A DNA stretch of 64,000 nucleotides from Utricularia gibba (lineage: Eukaryota > Plantae > Magnoliophyta): contig NEEC01000016.1 of the NCBI GenBank assembly GCA_002189035.1, positions 2,356,001 through 2,420,000 on the forward strand, read 5' to 3'. This document shows, piece after piece, positions 14,118-26,275 of the stretch (position 1 is the first letter of the stretch; every line of letters starts with the position of its first letter). Below the pieces are notes generated by a model. The model had not been told where the DNA came from and searched no databases. It saw only the letters and a program-made list of their open reading frames with translations. The position numbers and the translations under genes are program-made.

Positions 14118-15050
14118 ATGGCGGAAAAGAGCACAGCCACCAACCCGGTCCACAAAGGTAGCACCGGCATACAGGACCCCGGTCTTATGATCACTAGTAG
14201 GGAGCAACTGAAGGCCCTTCTGACGGAAATCCTCTCCAACTTTAGGGCACCATCGAGGTTGAATTCCAACACCCAGGAGGGGACACCCGAAACCGCACGA
14301 CAAGCAGAAAAGCAACCCCTGATTCCGGAATACCCCCCGGATACGGAAATCGAATCCAGAACCGAGGAGGAGATATTGAGAAGACAGAGGCGCAACCAAG
14401 TCATTTATGAGCCAGGAACAGATTGGGAGGATGGATGCTTTCCTGAATAAATATTCGGTCAAGCACAAGTTCACTTCAGTATATCATCCTCAGAGCAATG
14501 GTCTCACAGAGGTAACAAATCGAATGTTTAGACAAGGAATGAAAACCAAACTTGAGGATTTTGGAGGGTCATGGGCAGACCGATTGGATGAGGCGCTATG
14601 GTCATATCGTACCACTCCTCGCACCACTACAGAAGAATCCCCCTTTCTACTAGTTTATAGATCGGAAACAGTATGCCTGATCGAATTAACGCTAAAGAAC
14701 TACAGGGTGGAACACTACAACGAAGAGGAAAATGCTGACTTGCGGAAAATGGAGTTGGAGCTAATGTAGGAAAAATGACAAAGCATTTATGTCTGACTAG
14801 GGACTTACCAGAGAAGAACCGAAGAGAATTATAACAGGTTTGTATCCCCAAACGAATTCTCAGAAGGAGATCTGGTGCTTTGGAGCATCCAACCACAGAG
14901 ACATGCGGGAAAACTGGATCACAACTGGGAAGGCCCTTATTGGATATCAAGGGTAATCAGGAAAGGAGCTCGTCGTCTAGAACAACTAGATGGCATGGAA
15001 TTTCCAAGGTCATGGAACGCAGCACATCTAAGGAGATTCTATGCCTAACT
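14118..15050 (+). pseudogene. Truncated gag N-terminus fused to integrase core and C-terminus
   Basis: MAEKSTATNP...QDPGLMITSREQLKALLTEIL matches the gag start of element 2. At about 14420 it switches to FLNKYSVKHKFTSVYHPQSNGLTEVTN...WADRLDEALWSYRTTPRTTTEESPFLLVY and later NWEGPYWI...WNAAHLRRFY. Confidence 0.85.
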
Positions 15051-15149
15051 GTATCAACACCAATCCCTATTGCAGGACCTTGCTGGATCCGGTATTTTCT
15101 TTGTCAAAACACCCAGGTGACTATAAATTCCTCCAAAGCGGAGATGAAT

Positions 15150-15320
15150 TAACAAAACCATAAGCCCTGGCCGAGTCATGTAAGCCCAGGCAAATCTCCC
15201 CCGAAATATAAAATCCTCAAAGCCCAGGCCCTGGTGAGAAGGGTAAGCCCTGGTACAACTCGAGCATCGAGGCTTCCCCCGAAATATGGTATCCACTAAA
15301 CCCTGGCATGATTCGGCCAT
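15150..15320 (+). repeat. Degenerate short repeats in the Tat 3' spacer
   Basis: Several AAGCCC(T/A)GG copies and two CCCCCGAAATAT copies. Confidence 0.55.
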
Positions 15321-15784
15321 CCATTTCCTAAACCATCTGCATAAGTCCCCGAAAAGGCCCCCAAGGTAAGGCTCTCGCTGCTAGACCTTGAAATGGCGAA
15401 TACACCCAAAAGCGAATCGAGCTTTACTATGAAAAGCATGGATCTGGTCAGAGGAGGCCCTATTCCGGTTGAGGAAGCAACTCAACCTACGAGAGATTCC
15501 AACCTACGTCCGTAGCGAATACTCAGGCACAAAGGCCCAACTAAGTGACTAGCAAACCGTCCGATAAAATTGGATCAATCTATGAAAAGTAGGAAGCAAT
15601 GCGCCAAAATTAGGAAAACATAGGAAAGAATCCCAAACCGGGACCCCAAAATACCCAAAAGCCCCAAATAGGGGACCGAAATGTTAGCTCCAAGGGGGCG
15701 AAGGAAAAGGAAAAGAAACTAATGTTCAGGGGGAGGCGGGGGATTAGTAGGAGGATCAACAGAGGGGCCGACATGCCCCTCTAA

Positions 15785-17898
15785 TCACGCTCGCAGCTTG
15801 GCCTCATTCTTCTGCCTGATCCTTGCCCGGACGAGTGCTATCAGCCGCTCCCGATCTGCTTCGAATCTGAATTCCGGGGCCAAATACACGTCTGCAATAA
15901 CATCCATTATGTTCTCGTCTTTCCTCAAGGGATCGACCCTGTCGAAACGCGGATCCGTGATAGCCAACCCGAACTCTCGGCTGATTTGATGCCTTTGTTG
16001 ATAGAGAAGCAAGCCAATCAGATCTCCCGCATAAATATTGGAAAGCTTCGAAAAGCACGCCGAACTGACAAAGTTCTCTAGAAGCTCCTACCGAGACGCT
16101 TCGTGATTTGATAACTCGGCCTCTAGAGCCGCGACGTGATCTTTGGCCTCATTTAACTCAGCTTCCGTCTCCTCGAACCTTACTCGGAAGCCTTCTCTTT
16201 CTGATTTGGCATCATCGACTGCTTTTCCCATCTCTTCAACTATATTCTGTAGCTCCTCCTCTCGGCGATCGTACTTTCCGAGAATGCTCCTCAGCGAACT
16301 TCCTTCCTCTGCCATCGGTTTTATCTTGGCATTCTGGGCCTCAACATGTCTTTGGAGGCGAAGAACTTCCTCAGGTTGGGAGCCAACCTTCTTGGCCATT
16401 CCCCATCCAAAAGTCAAGGCCTGGATAAAGAATATTAAGTTAGGAATCGGTCATGAATGACACTGAGAAGGGAGAGGACTAATACTTGCCAAATCCCTTT
16501 TAGTATAACTTCCAGCTGAACGTCCAGAAGACTCGGCACAACATCATATAGCATTCTCTTTAACTCGGCAGGAACTGAAGACGGTGGAAGATTTGGATAG
16601 TCTTCTACCTCTATCGGAGCGGGGCCTCCTTCTGCCTCATTCGGGGGGGGGGGGGGGGGGGGGCGATGTGGAAGCGCCCGCCGAAAGGAGCCCTGTGTCG
16701 AGAGTCGGAACTTCGTTAAGGTCGGGCACAGGTGGTACCTTTTCTTTTCCCTTTCCAATTGGGAGAGGAGATGTCAGATCCCGAGTCTCGGAGGCTTCTA
16801 CTATACGATCCTCCTCTACTGGGGGATCACCGGCATTCAGTTGAGCTTTAGGAGGAGCCGCTTACGATTCCTACATCCTTGGCATCTCCGTAGAAAAGCA
16901 GGCCATCACCAAGTTTTCCAAGGCACTCCTTCGGGCCATATCTTCAGCTGAAAGCAAAGAGCAAAAAAAAAAAAAAAAACCATGAGACCCCACGCCAAGT
17001 TTGAAATTCGGGAAAATAGAACCTAACTACCTCTTTGCTCTTTCAAGGGTTTATGGACAAGTGCCTTAACCCTTTTCTTTTTCTTGGGGGCCGCGAGTTG
17101 GGTAGATTGAGGAATCGGAGTCGGGTCAGCAACGGAGGAAAGATTCGGGGGAGAAGGGGGGGGGGTAGAGTTTGTAAATCGGTACTTTCAGAGGGTACAA
17201 TATCAGGCCAATGAGGATCGTGACAACGACTGATAAGACCCGATCTTCTGAGAGACTCCCCAGAAAACATCAACTAACGAGTTTCGAATCAAAAGGATCC
17301 TCGGCTAAGCCTCTCATACAAGGTTTGGCGAGATTCGGATGAGGACTGATATGCTTCAGAAAGCTTCACTCTAAAGGGAGTTAGGGGATTAACTGGGAAG
17401 TTCCACCGAAAACTCGAAGGAGGTGCCACCCAGACAAAAGAAGACCACCAATCATGGTGGGTATCGGGGGCTTTCACAATGAAATGAGGATTATCCTCAA
17501 ATCGGCGGAATTGGAAATGAGACCGGCCCTCCATGGGGGATTTCACCTTTCGAACAGCAATCTTAAAAAGGTGAAGAAAATCTACTAAGGACATAGCTGG
17601 ATCCATACCAGCCGAGTAGACTAAGAAGGTAGCAAAACAAAAGATAGAATTTGGGGCAAGGCAGTAGAGCGGTACAACGAAGGTATGAAGGAAGTGAACT
17701 ATTAGAGGATGAAGCGGAAATCATAAACCGCTTTCGAAATAGGCTAGGGGGAATCGGCAAGCTGAAAGGAGGGAGGGGATTCGTACCAATCACCCAAGGG
17801 ATTTCGATGTCTTGAGTGTGAGAAACTAAGTACTCCTCGGGAATCGAGTACCGGATGCGAAGAGAAGGGATATCCAATTCACTGGATCTCCTAACCAT
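15785..17898 (-). pseudogene. Spliced antisense ORF of Tat element 1 (Transposase_28-like domain plus coiled coil)
   Basis: MVRRSSELDIPSLRIRYSIP..., FLHLFKIAVRK...APDTHHDWWSSFVWV; GT-AG introns 17030-16948 and 16485-16421; coiled coil YDRREEELQNIVEEMGKAVDDAKSEREGFRVRFEE; several stops and frameshifts. Confidence 0.78.
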
Positions 17899-18323
17899 TT
17901 TCACAAAAGGAGAGGAGAGGTCTGACTTAAGAAGTATACGAACATCAGGCGAGGGAGAAGACCAGAGAAGAGAAAGAAACCCGGAGGAAACCTCAAGAAA
18001 TTGAGCGAAAAAGCAAAGAACTAGCGGGTACTTGAGAGATTCGAAGTTTCCGGCAGAAATCATGACGGCGAGGTGCGGAGCAGCACGACGGAATGCAGGA
18101 GGTGTTGAAGTCTCGCAAGTTGAAAGAAGGAGCGAAAGGGGGAAGAATGAGGAGGGGGGCGCGCACTTATAGAAAGGATACTCAGGAGATGAAACGATGC
18201 GACGATTGAGGTGCTCCAAATGAGTGGGAAAAAACGTGGCATGATCAGGAGGCAACACGCGTTGTAGTTCTGATCACCAACTTGCCTTGAAAAAGCCAAT
18301 GTCGGTAAATCGGAGGGGCTGAA

Positions 18324-18816
18324 TGATGGGGTACAAATCGGCTTAGGGTAATCAGCTTCTAAAAGGCTGCCAAAAGGAGCTCTGACGGGATAACGCCAGT
18401 CGACAGACCGATATTTGTCAATAATTTGGTAGCAGTGGTCGTATGACAGAGTTTGAAAAACAGTCGAATTACGGCAAAGCAAGCAACCTATATCTAAAAA
18501 GCCAGACCTCATGGCCGGCGTAGAAAGCAACCAATGTCTGTAGAATTCAGGACTTGGTCAAATCGGTTTCCTCTATAAATCGGTTCGACCTTAAGCCTCC
18601 CAACCTATACCTTTCTTCTCCATCTCCGTCTAGTAGAGGTTTTCTCTGGCAAGCTCCGGTAGTTCCGTGGTTTTTTCCGTCCTTTGACGGTTTTCACGTA
18701 AAAATCTTTATCTACTCTTATTTCTATTGATCAAATCAAACAAATCGTGATATTTCAGGCTGCACCTATCACCCAAAAATCGGCCCTATCTCGGACACCG
18801 ATTTCCACCCATAACA
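18324..18816 (+). repeat. 3' LTR of Tat element 1
   Basis: Preceded by the PPT and followed by TSD AAATG; lacks about 22 nt just downstream of the TATA box relative to the 5' LTR. Confidence 0.93.
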
Positions 18817-19773
18817 AAATGTTTATAGCTTAATTAGTATTGTTGTGTTTTTTTGAACATGTAAGTTAAGGGTTCAATTCAAATTCCTTAATACAAGTTG
18901 TATGTTTTTATAAAATGAATTTAAAATGAAAAATAAATAATAAATAATTAAAATAATAAAAGTTCAATTAATTAAAATGAATTAATATAAATATTTATTT
19001 TTAATTAAATTTCTTTGAATTTATGTAAATTGATCCATTATATTGATCTTAGATAAGTGGTTTTTGAATTTTCTCTCGATTTGATGGAAAATACATTTTT
19101 TATTGACTAATGACTATTTTTTTTTATTTTCAACTAGTATATCATTTTATTTATCAATATGTATATATATTTTATAACATAATTTGTTAATTATTACAAA
19201 TCATTTTTTTATATTGATTAATTTTTAAAATTCATTAATTTTCTTTTTTTATAAACTAACAAATTTTTTTAAAAAATAAATATAAGTATATTTATTAGAT
19301 AATTACATACAATAACAACTTTTGTAAAATTAATTTTTGATAGTATTTATATTTCTCATTTGAAATCATTGATTTATTGTAATCGATGATTCACATGCAC
19401 CGAGTGCATGCGCACTGAATTCGGTGTGACGTGCATCCTGATTGTTTTTTTAAAATATTTTAAAATATTAATTTTAATACTAAATATTTTTTATTTAATT
19501 AATTAATCGAAATTTTGATACATTAATTTGATTTTAACATATTTTCGTATATAATTTGATTAAAAAAATTATTTTAAGATTTTTAAAATTAATTTAATAT
19601 AATTTAAATATTAAATTAATTCAAATCACTCATAATTTTTGACCGAATTAGTCATAGGAATGCATGCTAGTTTGTAATAAACTCATCCGTGTGGTGTCTG
19701 ACCGGTCAGGGAATACAGTGATGGGTAGGTGGGTGGGTGGATATTAATTAATTAATTAATGGATTGTTTTCGC

Positions 19774-20771
19774 GAGTAATTTGGCAGAATACCCCAGTGT
19801 AAAAATTTACTTTGCTGAATACCCCGTCTTTTTAATTTCTTTGTAAAATACCCCACCTTTTTGTTTTATTTGTTGAATACCCCTACTTTTCGCATGAAAA
19901 AATAATAAAAAAATACATATGAAAAATATATGAAAAATAAATACATACATTTGAAAAAAAAAATTTATACAAATATTTTTCAAATAAAATTTAATTTATT
20001 TTGTTATATTTTCAATTGAATTTATTAATACATTTATAGAAGTATTGTTTTTAAATAATAATCTGATCAATAATTCTATCTTACTATTATATTTTCAATA
20101 AACTTTATAAATTAGGTTACATACAATTTTTTTAAATTAAGTAAAGCATAAATTGATTACATAAATTCCATTATAAATCAGATATTAATAAAATACAATT
20201 TAAATAAATAAACTAAAGCTTATCTTACACTTATATGTACATAAATCACATGTAAGAAATTAAATTATAAATATTTATTATTTAATTCATAACTATATAA
20301 TTCATAGTTAAAATAATATATGATTATACCATGTATTTGTTATAGGTGTTAGTTATGATTATAATAAAAACATATTTTTGTAAAAATATTTTGATTTTAC
20401 AATTCATAAAGTATTGAATTAATTTGAAATCAAAATTGAATTCAAAATTAAAACTTTGAATAACAAATATTTATATACAAATATATATGTATCTTTAATT
20501 ACATTTTTAAAAACATTATCTCAAATGATTTTTATTGAATTATTTTTTATTTCTATGTTTATGTTTTTATAATAATTATTTTTTTAATTTTTTTATTATA
20601 TATATAAATATTAAATAAATAACATTTATACATCAAAAAAATATTTTTTTAATATATTTATATACAAAATAATAAAAAAAAATCAAAAGAGGGGTATTTG
20701 GCCAATACTTTTGGAACCAGGGGTATTCTGCATAGCTGTTTTTTACAGTGGGGCATTCTGCCAACGAAGCC
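19774..20771. mobile_element. Mutator-type MITE / non-autonomous MULE
   Basis: Imperfect ~100-bp terminal inverted repeats built of GAATACCCC units; perfect 10-bp flanking duplication TTGTTTTCGC (19764-19773 and 20772-20781); AT-rich non-coding interior. Confidence 0.85.
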
Positions 20772-21134
20772 TTGTTTTCGCATCGTCGCCGTCGTCGTCT
20801 CCCTCCAACTCCGTTTGGGGTATGGATTTTGACTTTATGAAACCGCCTGCCCTGCCACCCTCTCTTTCTCTCTCTCTCTCTCTCTGTGTACCTGCCAGCA
20901 GCCACCATCATGTGTTCTCTCTCGTGTGTGTGGCTTACGTGCTTACTTCCTGCCGCGGGCTCCTTCCCCTGCGTCTTCAACCTCTCGTTTTCTGCCATCG
21001 CATTACATGGCATTCATTCATACGTACCTGTCGCCGCTACAAGTGCTACGTCCATGGGACTTCTCTATTATTCACAGTCAGTTAGTTCATTTCTTCCCCA
21101 CCCCCTCCTCGGATAGATAGGACTGCACTGGAGG

Positions 21135-24100
21135 ATGAGCAAATTATTCGCTGTGAAAGTAGAAGACGGGAAGAAAGGCCTAGACGGGCAGCCCTCCGTC
21201 GGCCCCGTGTACCGGAATCCCTTGGCGGAGAAGGAGTATCCTCCGGCGGATCCTTATCTGCTCACTTGCTGGGATGTTTTCAGGTGACGTTCACAAGCCC
21301 CAACTTCAGTTTACTCGGGGAATGTCAATGACATAGAGACCATGTTTGCGTTTCAGGTCGTCGGTGGACAAGTATTCCGACAACAAAATGTTGGGATGGC
21401 GCGAGATGGTGAACGGCGGCAAGGTAAAACCAACACCTTACCAATCACCATGGAAAACATATAAATCATATCAAACAATGTGGAATGGTTTCAGTGGGGG
21501 GCTACCTCTGGAAAACTTACAAGCAAGTCTACCAAGAAGCCATCGCAGTTGGTTCCGCCCTCCGAGCGCATGGCTGCGTGCCCGTAAGCAGCACACACAC
21601 ACACACACACACACACTCTACTGCCATGCCGTGACTCCAACCGGAAAACTTAGTTGTGTTGCCATGTGTATGCTGCGCAGGGAGATCGAATTGGAATCTA
21701 TGGAGCTAATTGCCCTCAGTGGATAGTTGCCATGGAGGTACGTATACATATGCAGCATATAACCAGTTGAGTACGCTTACATTTAATTTGCACCTTCGTC
21801 TTCAGGCCTGCAATGCCCACAGCTTGATCTGCGTACCTCTGTATGACACATTGGGTGAGTTCTGGGTTGCTTGATTCTTATTACAACCCGCTGCTAAACT
21901 AGTACTGCCCGATGAATGTTTCCCGGACAGGGTCTGGAGCCGTAAACTACATCTTGGATCATGCTGAGATTGACGTGGTTTTCGCTCAGGACAAGAAAGT
22001 CAAACAAGTGAGCCTCCAGCATCACCCCCTTCCGTGCATTCTTTGATTGTATTTTCCAAAATTTCCATGTTCCAAAATCCTGGTTGCAGCTCTTGGAACC
22101 TGAATGCACTCACGCCAAACGGATTAAGTGTGAGCGACTCGAGTCATAAGAAACATTACCCCAGCTGAAAGAAGGTGCTCACTGGTTTTTCATGGATGCA
22201 GTGATTGTTTGCTTCTCTTCCGTGGTGGATGAAGAGAGGAACATGGCAGGCAACCTTGGAATAACTACCCACTCTTGGGGTGAATTTCTTGACGAGGTGC
22301 CGCTCATAAATAAATCCTGTTTCTACATCTTTTTTAGCACATGAACTCTTCGTGTTTGACACACCGCAACCATGTCAGGGGAAAGAGAAGCCATCGGATA
22401 TTTCACCACCCCAAGCTTCAAGCATATGCACCATCATGTACACCAGCGGCACCAGTGGTGACCCAAAGGTGTCATCTTGACACATGAAAACGTTGTCACA
22501 ACAATTCGGGGAGTCGACGTTTTCATGCAACAGTTCGAAGACAAGGTCTGCTCATATCTGTCTACCTTGCATCTTCCGTGGAGTGACACCTCAATTCACT
22601 TCGTAGATGACTGTAGATGATGCTTACTTATCCTTCCTGCCCCTCGCTCACATACTCGACCGAATGATTGAGGAATTCTTCTTCCACAAGGGTGCCTCGG
22701 TTGGGTATTACCATGGGGTGAGCTGCTGCTGCTGCCATTCTCCTCCATCCACGGAATACAATTCTCATAATGCCTGCCAACTCTCACCACTTGTGCAGGA
22801 CTTCAATGAAATAAGGGATGACTTGGTGGAGCTGAAGCCCACATTGATGGTTGGGGTGCCGCGTGTTTTCGAGCGAATCCATGAAGGCAGGCGGCGTTCC
22901 TACTGTTTTCCCAGTCACTGGAATCAATCTGCATATTGCTTCTTTGTTTTACGGTGCAATGTTTTCTTCCAGGAGTTCTCAATGCAGTGTCACAACTCAA
23001 CTGGAGGAGAAGAGGAATATTCCACATGCTCTACAAACAGTTAATACCTCTTGCATCAGGAAATCAAATCACCTTATAGTTTCTGTAGCCAGTAGCTAAT
23101 ACTCTCCTGTCTCATACCACACAGCAAACTTTCCCAGATGAATAGAGGTTACAAACAGAAGAATGCATCCCCTCTAGCAGACTTTCTTGCCTTTCGGAAG
23201 GTTCTCTGTTTGGATCCTTGTTTTCTTTTTCGAGCAGAATATATTAATTCTGAGCTCCACCAGGCAGTCCCATGAGAACATGCAGAGTACAGTTCCAAGG
23301 ATAGATGCCATAACTGCCCTGAAACTCCATTAACACCATTCAAAATAAGCAAATAATATAGCCTTGGTACAAACCACTGACTGGCATTCATTACATGCCT
23401 TTTTTTTTTTTTTTTCTGCTCAGGTGAAGAACAGATTAGGTGGCCGCCTACGCCTCCTGATTTCTGGTGGAGCTGCACTGAGTAGTGAGATTGAAGAATT
23501 CCTGAGGGTCACTACCTGTGCATTCGTCCTGCAAGGCTATGGTAAATAGTTCAAGCAAAGACATGATTTAGAATAATTCAACAGGCCACGTTTATGCACA
23601 TTCCCATAATTCAGATTCCCAATCATGTTATCTCGGCCTTAATGCCTCCATGCCGGAGAGGATCCTTACTCTGTAAGATCATCGCTTTTTCAGGGCTGAC
23701 GGAGAGTTGTGGATTGGCCACAGTTGGATATCCGGATGAGATGTCCCTGATGGGAACAGTTGGTTCACCCTTTGTATACACTGAAATCCGACTCGAGGAA
23801 GTTAGTGACATGGGGTACGATCCTCTAGGAGAGCCTCCCCGTGGAGAAATATGCCTACGCGCAAAATCACCATTTTTAGGATACTACAAGGACCAGGAGC
23901 TGACCGATCAAGTCCTGAAAGATGGATGGTTTCACACAGGTGGTTTTCAAAGATTTGGTTCCTACTCTGTTACATACTCATCATGACAAACTTACCACCG
24001 GCCTCAGGTGACATTGGAGAGATGCTGCCAAACGGGGCGTTGAAGATTATCGACAGAAAGAAGAATCTGATCAAGCTCTCCCAGGGAGAGTACGTTGCAG

Positions 24101-24772
24101 TGGAACACCTGGAAAAAGTGTACGGCGTTACACCTATTGTTGAAGACGTAAGCAGCTAAGATGAACGATCTCCTTAAAACAAGTGCTTATCATGTTATTC
24201 GTTTGCAAACCACGAAATCGCGCACTGATGTATGCAGATATGGGTATATGGGGACAGCTTCAAAGCAACGCTGGTTGCAGTCGTGGTGCCGAACGAAGAA
24301 AGCACCAAAAAATGGGGAGAGAAGAATGGTCATGGTGGATCCTTTCTGGAACTATGCTCCCTTTCCCAGCTGAAGGATTACATCCTCCTTCAGCTCCTTG
24401 CTACCGCTGATAGGAACAAGGTAAGTTGAAGCTCTAGTTAGATAAACACCAAAGGCTAAGAAAAAGTAATCAAAGTGATGCATCATTGCAGTTGCAAGGA
24501 TTCGAGCGCATTAAAGGGGTATTGGTTGAGCCTGAGCTGTTCGAGTTACAGGGGAAGGAACTGGTAACAGCCACTCTGAAGAAGAGACGAGACAAATTTC
24601 TGAAACTATACCAGGTAACAAAAAAAAAAAGGAAAAAATGCAATAGCGCAACCAGAGAATCATGTACGTGCTTTTGGTGAATCTTTTGCAGGAGGAGATC
24701 GACGCCCTCTACCAAAAACTAGCTCAAGTCAAGTCATCGCAACATCGAAGTGTGCAGCAGTATTTCAACTAA
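21135..24772 (+). CDS. LACS1: Long-chain acyl-CoA synthetase 1 (cuticle type), 19 exons; two apparent 1-nt frameshifts in this assembly
   Basis: [12 protein letters not shown]...PSVGPVYRN, adenylation motif [12 protein letters not shown](G), [57 protein letters not shown]. Frame breaks in a G run at 21496-21501 and at GACCCAAAGG 22460-22469. One GC-AG intron at 22887-22972. Confidence 0.92.
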
Positions 24773-25329
24773 TTTGGGTGGAGGTTTGCATCTGACTTAA
24801 TATTTGATGAATGACTACGAACGCGTGCCCCTTGCCCTTTTGGGGCACAACAATAACTGTAATGCCTTTTTGGACCTTGACATTTTCCCATGTCAAGATC
24901 CAAGTTCGTATTTTCATGAATTCAAATTTTGATGTCATGTTCCTAAAAAATGAACATATATAAACAACTTGGCTATAGGGTTAGAAGCTCAAACTTAGAT
25001 CATAAGGTGGATTCAAGCACATTTTAGAAAATGAGATCTTGTTTTCCTTCAAAACTTCATGCAAGATCAAGTTAAAGCACAAAAAACTTATCAATATAAC
25101 TTGCAAAAAAAGCATAGACTAGATGCCATATTTAGTTTTCTTTATGCAATTCCTACTCAGCCACTGAGTTAGATGAACACACAAACACACACTAGAGATG
25201 CAAAAAATCAATTTAGGAACAAGCCCCAACCATAAGGACCCTTCTATTACTATGAACAGAAACCACCAATACAATTGACAGTAAGACTTCCTTGTATAAC
25301 ATTTGTATTTCAGCTCCCCAATCTTCTTT

Positions 25330-26275
25330 TTCCCTTCATTTCTTGAAAGTTTTCATGGTCAAGACATAGAATACAACACAAAGCATCGAGAAGAACATGT
25401 AAAACTTGCAATAAGCCATTTAAAATGGAAGATCATTAAGAAGCAAGAACACAAAGTAAGAAACATCTATCATATAATGAGTCCTTTAGGTATGTGATCA
25501 TGTACACGTATGGTTATGCCTCTCATAACTAAGGTCAAGAGGTCCTTTTTAGTGGCTCCTTAGAAAATGAACTAGGTGCAAATATTTTTGTTCTAAAAAT
25601 TTGGAGATTCTACTTATATAGTATAAAATGTGAGTTATATACTAACCACAAGTCTGTAAAGTATTTGTTTATACGAAAGTAGCTGATGAGGTAGAGGAGG
25701 TGACTTTAGATAACAAAAGATTATGAACTTTGTGTGAAATAGTAGCATGAAAAAGATTGTGGTTGTTGATGCATTGAGCAGAAGGAATCATGGATTAATA
25801 ATATGTTGGGAGAATTTGATGAGTTAAAGTATGGAAATAGTTGACTCTAGCGACATCATCATAGTGGTAGTAATGGCAACATTGAATATTTTCAATAAAA
25901 TCTAGCAAGCTCATAAAAGCAATCCTTTGATGTTAAATGGAAGAAATCACTAGTTGAAGGAAAACAACAATAGATGAGGATCAAGCTAAGAAATAGATTA
26001 TTTCTTCCCAAAGATAATGCCTTTAATATAGAAGGTGCTGGCTAAAGCATATAGTTCAATATTTTCTTTGCATCCTAATGGAAATAAAATGTACATTGAT
26101 TTAAAGAAGCACTTGTGATGGCGCGCTACGAAGTTGGATATTGTGAACTGTGTAGTAAGTTGTAATATTTTTCAAAAAGTAAAGGTTGAATATTAGAAGC
26201 TAGGAGGTGAATTTCAGTATATAGAGATATCAGAATAGAAATGAGATTATGCTACCATAAATTTCATTGCTAGTG
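25330..26275 (+). pseudogene. Decayed chromovirus-type (Tekay/Del) Ty3/gypsy pol fragment (RNase H to integrase zinc finger)
   Basis: FVLKIWRFYLYSIKCELYTNHKSVKYLF (RNase H LKIWRHYLYG..TDHKSLKY) and LHPNGNKMYIDLKKHL*W...KVKVEY (HPGSTKMY...KVKAEHQ); many stops. Confidence 0.75.

Larger units (their letters stand above)
12574..18816 (+). mobile_element. Tat-lineage Ty3/gypsy LTR retrotransposon 1 (internally deleted, non-autonomous)
   Basis: LTRs 12574-13089 and 18324-18816 (TGAT...AACA); perfect 5-bp TSD AAATG; tRNA-Lys PBS split by an insertion; PPT GGAGGGGCTGAA before the 3' LTR; gag N-terminus joined to integrase C-terminus; antisense ORF region. Confidence 0.93.

Noticed and set aside
19395-19672. 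Helitron 3' end (hairpin near 19396-19424, CTAG near 19667)
   Set aside because: The hairpin is about 240 nt from the CTAG instead of 10-15 nt, and no 5' TC end or Rep/helicase relic is visible.
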